From Cyclobacteriaceae bacterium (GTDB lineage Bacteria; Bacteroidota; Bacteroidia; Cytophagales; Cyclobacteriaceae): DNA of 64,000 nucleotides. Position numbers and translations under genes: made by a program. Location of the stretch: contig OZ260101.1 in NCBI GenBank assembly GCA_965284605.1, positions 2,654,513 to 2,718,512 on the forward strand. Reading direction: 5' to 3'. The notes beneath the pieces are model-generated. The model had not been told where the DNA came from. It searched no databases and saw only the letters and a list, made by a program, of their open reading frames with translations. This document shows positions 1 through 9,094 of the stretch, piece after piece (the stretch's first letter is position 1; each line of letters opens with the position of its first letter).

Positions 1-1
1 T

Positions 2-1666
2 AAAAGTTTGAAGGGACATTATCTAATGATTAAAGAACGTTACCGCCTAGCGGAAGCCATCCTAAAAGAAGCTATAACATCAGCTAAGGATTTAGGAGAT
101 CAAATGATAATTTTTAATAGTTATCAACTTTTATCTAGCGTGTATAATCGTCAGAGGAAATTCGATTTAAGCATCGAAAATGCGACAGAGGCCTTGAAGT
201 ATTCCAAAGAAACTTTGCTATTAGTTCCTGTTTATGAACTACTCATTGAATCTTACATCGGAAAGGGAATGACAAAAGAGGCGTTGGAGCAGTTTAATTT
301 GTTAAAAGACCTTAAGGAAAGTGATGCAAAAAAGAAGACAGCACTGTTGCTTGCCGAATACGAGGCAATGCAAGAATTGGAAGCTCAAAAACTGATTAAC
401 GAAAGCTTAGCACAAGAACAGTTGGCCAAGGCTAAATTGATAAAGCGTCAGCAAATTATCATCATTATAGTTTGTGTAAGTGTTCTAATCATTGCCTTGA
501 TCCTGACGCGCCTTAGGGCGCTTCACAAGCGTAACTTGAACTTGTTAAAGGTCAATCAAAAGGAGCGCGAAGAACTCCAAAGTACAAACCTTGAATTGGC
601 AGAGTTGGTGTCTGATCTTGAAGTCACTAAGACTGAAAACCAAGTGTTGTTAGATGCTATTTCGCAAAAGGTCAATAGGATATTTAATGGCATTAAGGGT
701 ATCAGAAGCTTTATTCCAGAGCTAGGTAAACTTAACAATGAGCAGTCAAAATACTTTAATCGTATGACTGATTTGGTGGAAGAAGAAGAAGCGTCATTGA
801 ATTCAATCATTGCTTTGAATTCTGTTTTGGGAGATCATAAGATAGAAATTAGCAGGGTGTCACTGCCTGCTGTCATCAAGTCTGTTAAGGATAAAGCACA
901 AAACATTTTGCATCTCAATCAGGCGATTTTGGAAGTTGATATCAAAGAGAGTCTAGTGTTTCTGGCCGATCGTGAGCTCATTGAAATGACCATTGCGTCA
1001 CTATTGCAACATAGCTTAAGTCAAGACCTAAAAGACAAGAAACTTAAGCTTTCGGTAAGCGCAAACGATGGTCTTCAGATGGTCTTTGAATTTGAAGGAG
1101 GCTCTGTATCATCAGAAGTGATCGATGGCTGGTTGTCAAAGACCAATACAGGTCACAAAGGCTATGTATCTAAGGTGGTTCAATTGAAAGACCTTATGGA
1201 TGGAGACCTTCAGTACTTAACGATGGGCGACACGCATAAGATCACTTTAAACCTTAATCTTATTGAGATTAAGACTTCAGAGAGTAAAGTGGGTGAGGTA
1301 GATGAGTTAGAAATTGATAGTGTCTACGATAAAGTAATGAACTACTTGGTAAAAGAAAAAGGGCTGAGCAATTCAGATTTAACTTTAGTGAGTATATCAG
1401 AAGCCATAGCTATTTCTACTAGGCGTATCTCGTTCGTCATCAATACCCGAGAGCGAACCAACTTTAGTAAGTTTTTATCGCGTTTGCGGGTTGAAAAGGT
1501 CAAAGAGATCCTCGATGGGGGAGTACATACTCACTTGAATATAGCTGGCATTGGTTATGAGGCAGGTTTTAACTCTAAATCCACATTCTTCTCTTCTTTC
1601 AAAGAGTTTGTGGGCTGCACACCTAAAGAGTACATGACTGGTAGTGACCAAAGAGTATCAGCTTGA
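2..1666 (+). CDS. TPR / single-TM / degenerate histidine-kinase-like / AraC-type HTH regulator, paralog 1 (5' part outside window)
   Basis: The frame is open to the window edge (the track start at 8 is an in-frame TTG). The product aligns residue for residue with roughly aa 388-939 of the 2275..5094 product. It has a hydrophobic helix IIIIIVCVSVLIIALIL and a C-terminal AraC-type HTH (NIAGIGYEAGFNSKSTFFSSFKEFVGCTPKEY). Confidence 0.85.
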   Translation, partial: KSLKGHYLMIKERYRLAEAILKEAITSAKDLGDQMIIFNSYQLLSSVYNRQRKFDLSIENATEALKYSKETLLLVPVYELLIESYIGKGMTKEALEQFNLLKDLKESDAKKKTALLLAEYEAMQELEAQKLINESLAQEQLAKAKLIKRQQIIIIIVCVSVLIIALILTRLRALHKRNLNLLKVNQKEREELQSTNLELAELVSDLEVTKTENQVLLDAISQKVNRIFNGIKGIRSFIPELGKLNNEQSKYFNRMTDLVEEEEASLNSIIALNSVLGDHKIEISRVSLPAVIKSVKDKAQNILHLNQAILEVDIKESLVFLADRELIEMTIASLLQHSLSQDLKDKKLKLSVSANDGLQMVFEFEGGSVSSEVIDGWLSKTNTGHKGYVSKVVQLKDLMDGDLQYLTMGDTHKITLNLNLIEIKTSESKVGEVDELEIDSVYDKVMNYLVKEKGLSNSDLTLVSISEAIAISTRRISFVINTRERTNFSKFLSRLRVEKVKEILDGGVHTHLNIAGIGYEAGFNSKSTFFSSFKEFVGCTPKEYMTGSDQRVSA

Positions 1667-2274
1667 GCAAAAACAGGTACTAGCTGTGTTGGACTGGGTG
1701 TTGTTACTCTTAATTCCTCAGGATGAGCTTAAAAGGATGGCACTTTTTTTAACAACTGGAAAAATCAACGGGTACAAGTAGCTTTTTCATAATTACCTCC
1801 TTTTATGTCTATTGATGATATATGAAGCTACCTCATCTCAAAACCCAAAAGCTTGATTGCCGTCAGATATGCACATGATGATGTTTTGGCTAAAATCTTA
1901 AACTGATCAGGTTGAGTATTCTGTAATCAGTTAAATACTCTCTTTGAAGTAGGTGATTAAAAGTGTTTAGAAACCAATCTGCCCGTTTAAATCTCTTAAG
2001 TAGATTGGCTATAATGCAAATTTCTACATTGGATCTGCACTATTTATTATATTTGAATAATGGCTGAATTTAAAAAAAATCAGTCATTTTAAGGAAACGC
2101 AAGGGTTAAACTAGATTCATTCTTCTGTAGGGGTGTGGAAGTGATTCGTCCGAATACTTCGCCTTAATAAGGCCTGGCTGGTCAGAATAGAAGATTTTCA
2201 TCGATGGTATTTAAAATACCATGATGTCCTTCGTTTTATTTGTTATTGATTTTTAACCGTCAGTTCGGATCGAC

Positions 2275-5094
2275 ATGAAGAGACCGTTACTCTTATTACT
2301 GCATCTATTATTCTGCTTGCAATTAATCGGGCAAGACCTGCCTAAGACAGAGTTAGACCTATTTACGGTGACTCTGAATTTTCAAGAGAAGGAAACTATT
2401 CGGCTAATTAAGAAAAATCTTGAAAGCACTAAGGATGGAAGTCCCGAACAAGCACACATGTTTCGACAATTGGGTATTCTCTATGAATCAATTAATCTAA
2501 CCGACTCAGCAACTTATTATCAAGGTAAGACGGATGCTTTTTGGGAAGCGTTCGAAATGCAAAGTGGAGCTGAGGAATACTTTGGCCAATACTTATTAGA
2601 AAAGGGAAAAACGTATAAAAGGGCCAAAGGGATAAGCTATTTAGATAGTGCATTACTCTACTTAAGCAACAAGGAAGACCGAATGCATGCGGAGGTATAT
2701 CGGTTAATCAGAACGTCAATCTTTGAAGAAGAGCCCCTTTATGTAGAGAGGTTAAATGGATTATTAGAAAGGTCAGACCTAACCGATGATTTACGAGGAA
2801 ATGTACTTCTACATGCCGGAATGGGTCTCATGACAACCAATTATTTAGACAGTGCCGTAATTAGTCTGAAACAGATGGAAGGACTTCGGTTAAACAAGTT
2901 CTTCGCCTTTTACCGACAGTTCTATCTGTCATACATTGACTTTTTGCAAGGTAATAAACCAGAAGCTAAGCGAGGGGTCGGCATGCTGGAAGAGCTCGTA
3001 GCAGAAAGTGGATATCACCCAAAAATTGCAACGCCATATCATTTCATCATCACGGAAATTTTGTTAGAAGAAAACCGTTACGATTCGGCTATTTATCATC
3101 AAATCAGAGCAATAGAGATTTCAGAGCAAACTCAAATGATTCCAGAAAATGTAGCCACGCTCTATGCCGATCTGTCGGATACATACTTGATGGTGGGTGA
3201 TTTGGAGAACGCAGAAAATTTCACCAGAAAAGCTAAAGACTTATTACCAGCTACTGCTCTTATTGTTAATGTCGAATTGAATAACTCACTCCTAAAGGTT
3301 CTATTAAATAAATATCCGCTAGAGAATATTGAAGCACGAAAACCACTCATTAAAGAAATTGAGGAATTAATTGCAGCACAAGCACAGCTAGTCTTAAAAA
3401 CAAAATCAACCAGCGAATTGATAAGCTTTAATAACTTGAAGGGACATTATCTGATGCTTACAGAGCGTTATCGCTTAGCGGAAGCCATCTTAAAAGAAGC
3501 TTTAACGTCAGCTAAGGATTTAGGAGATCAAACGATAATTTTTAATAGTTATCAACTTTTATCCAGTGTGTATAATCGTCAGGGGAAATTCGATTTAAGC
3601 ATCGAAAATGCGACAGAGGCTCTGAAGTACTCTAACGAAACACCTCTAATGGTTCCAGTCTATGAACTACTCATTGAATCTTACATTGGTAAGGGAATGG
3701 CTGAAGAAGCCATGGAGCAATTCGAAGCCATACGCAGACTTAAAGAGGATGAAGCCAAGGCTAAAACAGATCTACTATTAGCTGAGTTTGAGGTGAAACG
3801 AGAACTCGAGACTCAAAAACTGTTGAATGAGAGCTTGGAAAGTGAGCAGTTGGTCAAAGCACAGTTAATCGAGCGTCAGCAAATGATCATCATCATCGTC
3901 TGCATAAGTATTATTGTTATTGCGGTGATACTCTTTCGCTTAAGAGCGGTCCATAAGCGTAATTTGAATCTCTTAGAGGTCAATCAAAAGGAGCGCGAAG
4001 AACTCCAAAGTACAAACCTTGAATTGGCAGAGTTGGTGTCTGATCTTGAAGTCACTAAGACTGAAAACCAAGTGTTGTTAGATGCTATTTCGCAAAAGGT
4101 CAATAGGATATTTAATGGCATTAAGGGTATCAGAAGCTTTATTCCAGAGCTAGGTAAACTTAACAATGAGCAGTCAAAATACTTTAATCGTATGACTGAT
4201 TTGGTGGAAGAAGAAGAAGCGTCATTGAATTCAATTATTGCTTTAAATTCTGTTTTGGGAGATCATAAGATAGAAATTAGCAGGGTGTCATTGCCTGCTG
4301 TCATCAAGTCTGTTAAGGATAAAGCACAAAACATTTTGCATCTCAATCAGGCGGTTTTGGAAGTTGATATCAAAGAGAGTCTAGTGTTTCTGGCCGATCG
4401 TGAGCTCATTGAAATGACCATTGCATCACTATTGCAACATAGCTTAAGTCAAGACCTAAAAGACAAGAAACTAAAGCTTTCGGTAAACTCGAACGATGGT
4501 CTTCAGATGGTCTTTGAATTTGAAGGAGGCTCGGTATCATCAGAAGTGATCGATGGCTGGTTGTCAAAGACCAATACAGGTCACAAAGGCTATGTATCTA
4601 AGGTGGTTCAATTGAAAGACCTTATGGATGGAGACCTTCAGTACTTAACGATGGGCGACACGCATAAGATCACTTTAAACCTTAATCTTATTGAGATTAA
4701 GACTTCAGAGAGTAAAGTGGGTGAGGTAGATGAGTTAGAAATTGATAGTGTCTACGATAAAGTAATGAACTACTTGGTAAAAGAAAAAGGGCTGAGCAAT
4801 TCAGATTTAACTTTAGTGAGTATATCAGAAGCCATAGCTATTTCTACTAGGCGTATCTCGTTCGTCATCAATACCCGAGAGCGAACCAACTTTAGTAAGT
4901 TTTTATCGCGTTTGCGGGTTGAAAAGGTCAAAGAGATTCTCGATGGCGGGGTACACACTCACTTGAATATAGCAGGCATTGGTTATGAGGCGGGCTTCAA
5001 TTCTAAGTCTACATTCTTCTCTTCTTTCAAAGAGTTTGTAGGCTGCACGCCAAAGGAATACATGACTGAAGGTAGAGATAAAATTTCAGCATAA
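2275..5094 (+). CDS. TPR / single-TM / degenerate histidine-kinase-like / AraC-type HTH regulator, paralog 2
   Basis: 939-aa ORF with a signal-like N-terminus MKRPLLLLLHLLFCLQLIG and a long TPR-like helical region. One TM helix (MIIIIVCISIIVIAVILF) and a coiled coil follow. The next block aligns by eye to HisKA/HATPase_c, but the H-box His is replaced (LLDAISQKVNRIFNGIKG) and the N/G boxes are degenerate. The C-terminus is an AraC HTH. Confidence 0.85.
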   Translation: MKRPLLLLLHLLFCLQLIGQDLPKTELDLFTVTLNFQEKETIRLIKKNLESTKDGSPEQAHMFRQLGILYESINLTDSATYYQGKTDAFWEAFEMQSGAEEYFGQYLLEKGKTYKRAKGISYLDSALLYLSNKEDRMHAEVYRLIRTSIFEEEPLYVERLNGLLERSDLTDDLRGNVLLHAGMGLMTTNYLDSAVISLKQMEGLRLNKFFAFYRQFYLSYIDFLQGNKPEAKRGVGMLEELVAESGYHPKIATPYHFIITEILLEENRYDSAIYHQIRAIEISEQTQMIPENVATLYADLSDTYLMVGDLENAENFTRKAKDLLPATALIVNVELNNSLLKVLLNKYPLENIEARKPLIKEIEELIAAQAQLVLKTKSTSELISFNNLKGHYLMLTERYRLAEAILKEALTSAKDLGDQTIIFNSYQLLSSVYNRQGKFDLSIENATEALKYSNETPLMVPVYELLIESYIGKGMAEEAMEQFEAIRRLKEDEAKAKTDLLLAEFEVKRELETQKLLNESLESEQLVKAQLIERQQMIIIIVCISIIVIAVILFRLRAVHKRNLNLLEVNQKEREELQSTNLELAELVSDLEVTKTENQVLLDAISQKVNRIFNGIKGIRSFIPELGKLNNEQSKYFNRMTDLVEEEEASLNSIIALNSVLGDHKIEISRVSLPAVIKSVKDKAQNILHLNQAVLEVDIKESLVFLADRELIEMTIASLLQHSLSQDLKDKKLKLSVNSNDGLQMVFEFEGGSVSSEVIDGWLSKTNTGHKGYVSKVVQLKDLMDGDLQYLTMGDTHKITLNLNLIEIKTSESKVGEVDELEIDSVYDKVMNYLVKEKGLSNSDLTLVSISEAIAISTRRISFVINTRERTNFSKFLSRLRVEKVKEILDGGVHTHLNIAGIGYEAGFNSKSTFFSSFKEFVGCTPKEYMTEGRDKISA

Positions 5095-5333
5095 TAATAA
5101 ATCGTATGCCTGCTTATCTTTGGATGAGTCACCAATAATATCTAATTTTCTGTCGTACAGTACAAATTATTTGTAGTTTGAACTGTGCTAAAAGAGCTTT
5201 TTAAAGGGGTATTCTGTCAAACATTGAAGATACAAATCTCATGATAACCTGGCTGGTTAGATTAAATGCTTTATGATCGAAGGAATTTGATTTTTTGAAG
5301 TATGGTTTAAATCCATAATGTTTTGAGACTGAT

Positions 5334-8168
5334 ATGAAAAGGCTACTGATTCTGATTTTTATTTCTTTCAACCTGTTCTCGATAGCGGCACAAGACCTAC
5401 CAGAGAGCATTTATGAGTTGAATGTCGCTAAATTTAATGACAGCCTTGACGCACTCTTACGAAACATTGAGGAAGACCTAAAGTCAGTTAAGGACGGCAG
5501 CCTTTTAAAGGCATATAGAAGCCTTCAAAAGAGTTATCTCTACAGGGATTTAGGTAATCAAGATTCATCACAGTACTTTTTTGATCAGGCTGAGGCGTAT
5601 TGGAGTACACAAAAAATAGATGAAAGCAATTCAGATTACTTTGGTCAATTCTTATTATTCAGAACACTGTCCCCATATTCTGCTGATTTAGGAGCAATCG
5701 CTTATCTCGATAGTGCAACTTCTTACCTTACCAATGCTAAAGATAAGGCATACCTTGAGACTTTAAAGTTTAGAAAAGTTTCTGCCTACAACGAAAGGGA
5801 TGAATATGCCAAGCAACTCAATGATTTTCTATCTGATCCGAAGCTTTCTACTGCCATGCGAGCAGAAGTTTTGGAGTGGCATACTTTCAATTTACTCAAT
5901 ATGGATGAGCAGGACAGCGCGATGCGGGTGTTGGAAGAATTAGAGCCCATTGTAACCTCTAGTACCATGTTGATGGCTGTTGGCTATCGCAAGTTCCTGA
6001 TCCATTTTAGAAAAGAGGATTTGTCAGCTGCCAGGGCCCAGTATTACGAGATTCAGCGTTTAATGAAGCTAAATCGAATTCCATTACAGTCTAATGCAGG
6101 AACACAGTTTATTAGTGCCGCTTCAGCACTTTTTGTCGAAACAGGTCAGTATGATTCCGCCATCTATTATACAAAGGAAAATATTGAGTTTGCCAGAACG
6201 CGCTCTAAGCGAAATACTATGGCCATTAAGTACGGTGTGCTGGCAGACCTAAGCCGAAAAATGAATCGTTTTGATGAGGCGATAGACTACTTTCAGCAAA
6301 GTATAGCGCTGTGTGATGAGAGTAATTACCATAATAAAGTTAAAGGACGATTGAATTATCTACCCTCACTCTTTGAGGCCTATGAAGGAACACTTGATGC
6401 TAGCAGGAAGGAGTATCTGCTAAGCGAAATGAAAGAAGTTGTGGATGCACTAGACGTAGATCAATACACCTATTTTTCTCCTGCTGACCTTTCGCGATAC
6501 AATGTTGAAAAAGCGAAGTACTTTATTCTGATTGATAAGAATCAAGTCGCAGAACCTTTGCTTAAAGATGTGCTGACTTCTGCCTTAAATGAAGACAGAA
6601 TTACGCAAAAATTTTATGCGCACTATTACTTAGCGCAGTTGTATCTCGCTGAGGGAAAGATAGACAATGCCATAGAAAATGCTACAGAGGCTTTGAGCTA
6701 TGAACAAATAAATTATCACGACCTGCTCAAGGTTCATGAATTGTTGATTAAGAGTTATGCAGGCAAAGGAATGGTTGAAAAAGTGGAAGAACTGTTTCTA
6801 ACCTACAAGAATATTCAGTCTGAAAGTATGGAGAGTAAAACGTCACTCTTACTTTCTGAAACTGAGGCACAACAAACCCTTTTGAATCAAGTAAAATTGA
6901 ATGAGTTGTTGGCGAATGAAAAGGAACTAGATGCTTTACTTATCACGCGACTCAGAATTATTGTGGGCATTGCTCTAGCGAGTGCTCTAGTCATTGCTTT
7001 CTTCATGATTCGTACTAGGGTACTGAACAAGCAGAATGTGAATTTATTGCAAGAACTTGTGTCGGAACGAGAAGAGCTGCAAGACACTAATTTAGAATTG
7101 GCAGATGTAGTGTCTGAATTAAAATCAGATCAAGAAAAGAATAAGGAGCTCTTCGATAATTTTTCTTCTCGCACCAATAGAATGTTAAGCATTGTAAAAG
7201 GATTGACAAGCTTTATTCCCGAATTAGGTAAACTTAACAGTGAGCAGTCAAAGTACTTTAACCGTATGACTGACCTGGTGAAAGAAGAAGAAGCCTCATT
7301 GAATGCACTGATTGCCTTAAACTCTGTTTTGGGAGATCATAAGATAGAAATCAGCAGAGTATCGTTAGCCGATACCATTAAATCTGTCGGGGATAAAGCA
7401 CAAAATATTTTGCACCTTAATCAGGCTAGTTTAGAGGTTGACATAGAAGAGAGCCTAGTGTTTCTGGCCGATCGTGAGCTCATTGAAATGACCATTGCAT
7501 CACTTTTACAACATAGCCTGAGTCAAGACCTGAAAGACAAAAGGCTTAAGCTTTCGGTAAGCGCAAACGATGGTCTTCAGATGGTCTTTGAATTTGAAGG
7601 AGGCTCGGTATCATCAGAAGTGATCGATGGCTGGTTGTCAAAGACCAATACAAGTCACAAGGGTTATGTATCTAAGGTGGTTCAGTTGAAAGACCTTATG
7701 GATGGAGAACTTCAATATTTTACTATTGGGGACTTACATAAGATTACCTTAAACCTCAACCTCATTGAGGTAAAACCAGCCGAAAACAAAGTTGGCGAAG
7801 TAGATGAGTTAGAAATTGATGGCGTCTATGACAAGGTCATGGGTTACTTAGTAAAAGAAAATGGCTTGTCACATACCGATTTAACTTTAGTATCACTTTC
7901 GGAAGCACTGTCAATTACCACTAGGCGTATCTCGTTTGTCATCAATACCCGTGAACGCACCAATTTTAGTAAGTTTTTAGCGCGCCTGCGGGTTGAAAAG
8001 GTCAAAGAGATCCTCGATGGCGGGGTACACACTCACCTGAATATAGCTGGCATTGGTTATGAGGCAGGCTTCAATTCTAAGTCTACATTCTTCTCTTCTT
8101 TCAAAGAGTTTGTAGGCTGCACGCCAAAGGAATATATGACCGAAAGTAGTGGGCAGCAGTCTGCATAA
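5334..8168 (+). CDS. TPR / single-TM / degenerate histidine-kinase-like / AraC-type HTH regulator, paralog 3
   Basis: 944-aa ORF with the same architecture: signal-like MKRLLILIFISFNLFSIAAQ and TM helix IIVGIALASALVIAFFMI. The H-box position reads FDNFSSRTNRMLSIVKG. The last ~310 aa are very similar to paralogs 1/2, while the N-terminal sensor half is divergent. Confidence 0.85.
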   Translation: MKRLLILIFISFNLFSIAAQDLPESIYELNVAKFNDSLDALLRNIEEDLKSVKDGSLLKAYRSLQKSYLYRDLGNQDSSQYFFDQAEAYWSTQKIDESNSDYFGQFLLFRTLSPYSADLGAIAYLDSATSYLTNAKDKAYLETLKFRKVSAYNERDEYAKQLNDFLSDPKLSTAMRAEVLEWHTFNLLNMDEQDSAMRVLEELEPIVTSSTMLMAVGYRKFLIHFRKEDLSAARAQYYEIQRLMKLNRIPLQSNAGTQFISAASALFVETGQYDSAIYYTKENIEFARTRSKRNTMAIKYGVLADLSRKMNRFDEAIDYFQQSIALCDESNYHNKVKGRLNYLPSLFEAYEGTLDASRKEYLLSEMKEVVDALDVDQYTYFSPADLSRYNVEKAKYFILIDKNQVAEPLLKDVLTSALNEDRITQKFYAHYYLAQLYLAEGKIDNAIENATEALSYEQINYHDLLKVHELLIKSYAGKGMVEKVEELFLTYKNIQSESMESKTSLLLSETEAQQTLLNQVKLNELLANEKELDALLITRLRIIVGIALASALVIAFFMIRTRVLNKQNVNLLQELVSEREELQDTNLELADVVSELKSDQEKNKELFDNFSSRTNRMLSIVKGLTSFIPELGKLNSEQSKYFNRMTDLVKEEEASLNALIALNSVLGDHKIEISRVSLADTIKSVGDKAQNILHLNQASLEVDIEESLVFLADRELIEMTIASLLQHSLSQDLKDKRLKLSVSANDGLQMVFEFEGGSVSSEVIDGWLSKTNTSHKGYVSKVVQLKDLMDGELQYFTIGDLHKITLNLNLIEVKPAENKVGEVDELEIDGVYDKVMGYLVKENGLSHTDLTLVSLSEALSITTRRISFVINTRERTNFSKFLARLRVEKVKEILDGGVHTHLNIAGIGYEAGFNSKSTFFSSFKEFVGCTPKEYMTESSGQQSA

Positions 8169-8324
8169 ATGGGTTTATCAAAATGAATTTAGAGCAGCGT
8201 TCATAGTTACCTGTGCTGAGTACATTTTCATCAAATGCTAACAGCTTATTTAACCCATAGCTTCGGCAGATAATGGCTAAATCTTCAAAACAGAAAGGTT
8301 TTACGAGTACTAATTTCTAATGGC

Positions 8325-8359
8325 TACTTTTTTAGCACCTCTTTACTTTTTTTAGCACC
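8325..8359 (+). promoter_or_regulatory. Direct repeat TAC-T(6-7)-AGCACC x2 with ~20 bp period, upstream of the 8428 gene (candidate activator half-sites)
   Basis: tacttttttagcacc occurs at 8325-8339 and tactttttttagcacc at 8344-8359, about 70-100 bp upstream of the ATG at 8428. The function is inferred only. Confidence 0.3.
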
Positions 8360-8427
8360 GCTCACAACGAGGGGTAAATTTATTTGCATACAAATAATAG
8401 AACAGGTTGCTAAAGTAGGTGGAGTAA

Positions 8428-8982
8428 ATGGCTATGATCAATTTTAAAAGTCCAATGCTCGGGACTTGCTCAGTGACGAATTATAATAGAGAGCGGATGT
8501 TTTTGGTTACAGGTCAAATGAGCAAAGAGTTATATGGGATTTTAGAACAGGTTTTTATAGACCAAACCATCTCAAAAATCGAACGGATGAAATTCGAACT
8601 TATGAGTAAATCATCTAAACTCACTGTTTCTAATGACGATACAAAAAAGTGGTGTATGGATAAGATCAATGAATTGAATGATCTCATCGTTCAGTTTGAT
8701 CAAACACAACTCGGTAACAACCTAAATCATCTCATCAATCGTGGCTTAGATTCCTTTTGGGACGAACACTCAGACCTGAATAAATCGGATGTTTTGTTTT
8801 GTGGAGTGCTCGCCACTATGTCTAGTGATGCTGAGGCAGCGCAATTCTTACAAATTGATATGAATGACTTTTCAGAAAGAAAAGTTGAGATATCTCGACA
8901 GCTTGAATTAAAAACACCCTTTCAATTGAGAGGCTACGTTTTGGGAAGCATAAAAAGGCTATACGAAACAGAAAAGCGGTAG
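8428..8982 (+). CDS. Small protein with a degenerate LuxR/GerE-like C-terminal HTH, no receiver domain
   Basis: 184-aa ORF. Its C-terminal LNKSDVLFCGVLATMSSDAEAAQFLQIDMNDFSERKVEISRQLELK aligns by eye with the LuxR HTH pattern LTxRExEVLxLxAxGxSxKEIAxxLxISxxTVKxHxxxIxxKL. Confidence 0.55.
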   Translation: MAMINFKSPMLGTCSVTNYNRERMFLVTGQMSKELYGILEQVFIDQTISKIERMKFELMSKSSKLTVSNDDTKKWCMDKINELNDLIVQFDQTQLGNNLNHLINRGLDSFWDEHSDLNKSDVLFCGVLATMSSDAEAAQFLQIDMNDFSERKVEISRQLELKTPFQLRGYVLGSIKRLYETEKR

Positions 8983-9094
8983 TTGACCTCTATAAAAATG
9001 CGGTACGTATTTGTGCAGAATACAAAAATCCGAACTGGTCTGCTTGTTTTCACACCCTTTAGCCCTTCTTAGTTGACACATTTGCTTTCAATCG

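Noticed and set aside
1667-2274. Unusually long (608 bp) spacer between regulator paralogs 1 and 2, checked for small genes or RNA motifs
   Set aside because: It contains only short imperfect hairpins (gagtatt...aatactc and ccaatct...agattgg) and no ORF or motif I can support.
8983-9094. Looked for a Bacteroidota-type promoter (TTG ... TAnnTTTG) in front of the giant gene and the 8428 gene
   Set aside because: I found only approximate matches (for example gtatttgtg and tttatttgc). I cannot place a promoter with confidence without transcript data.
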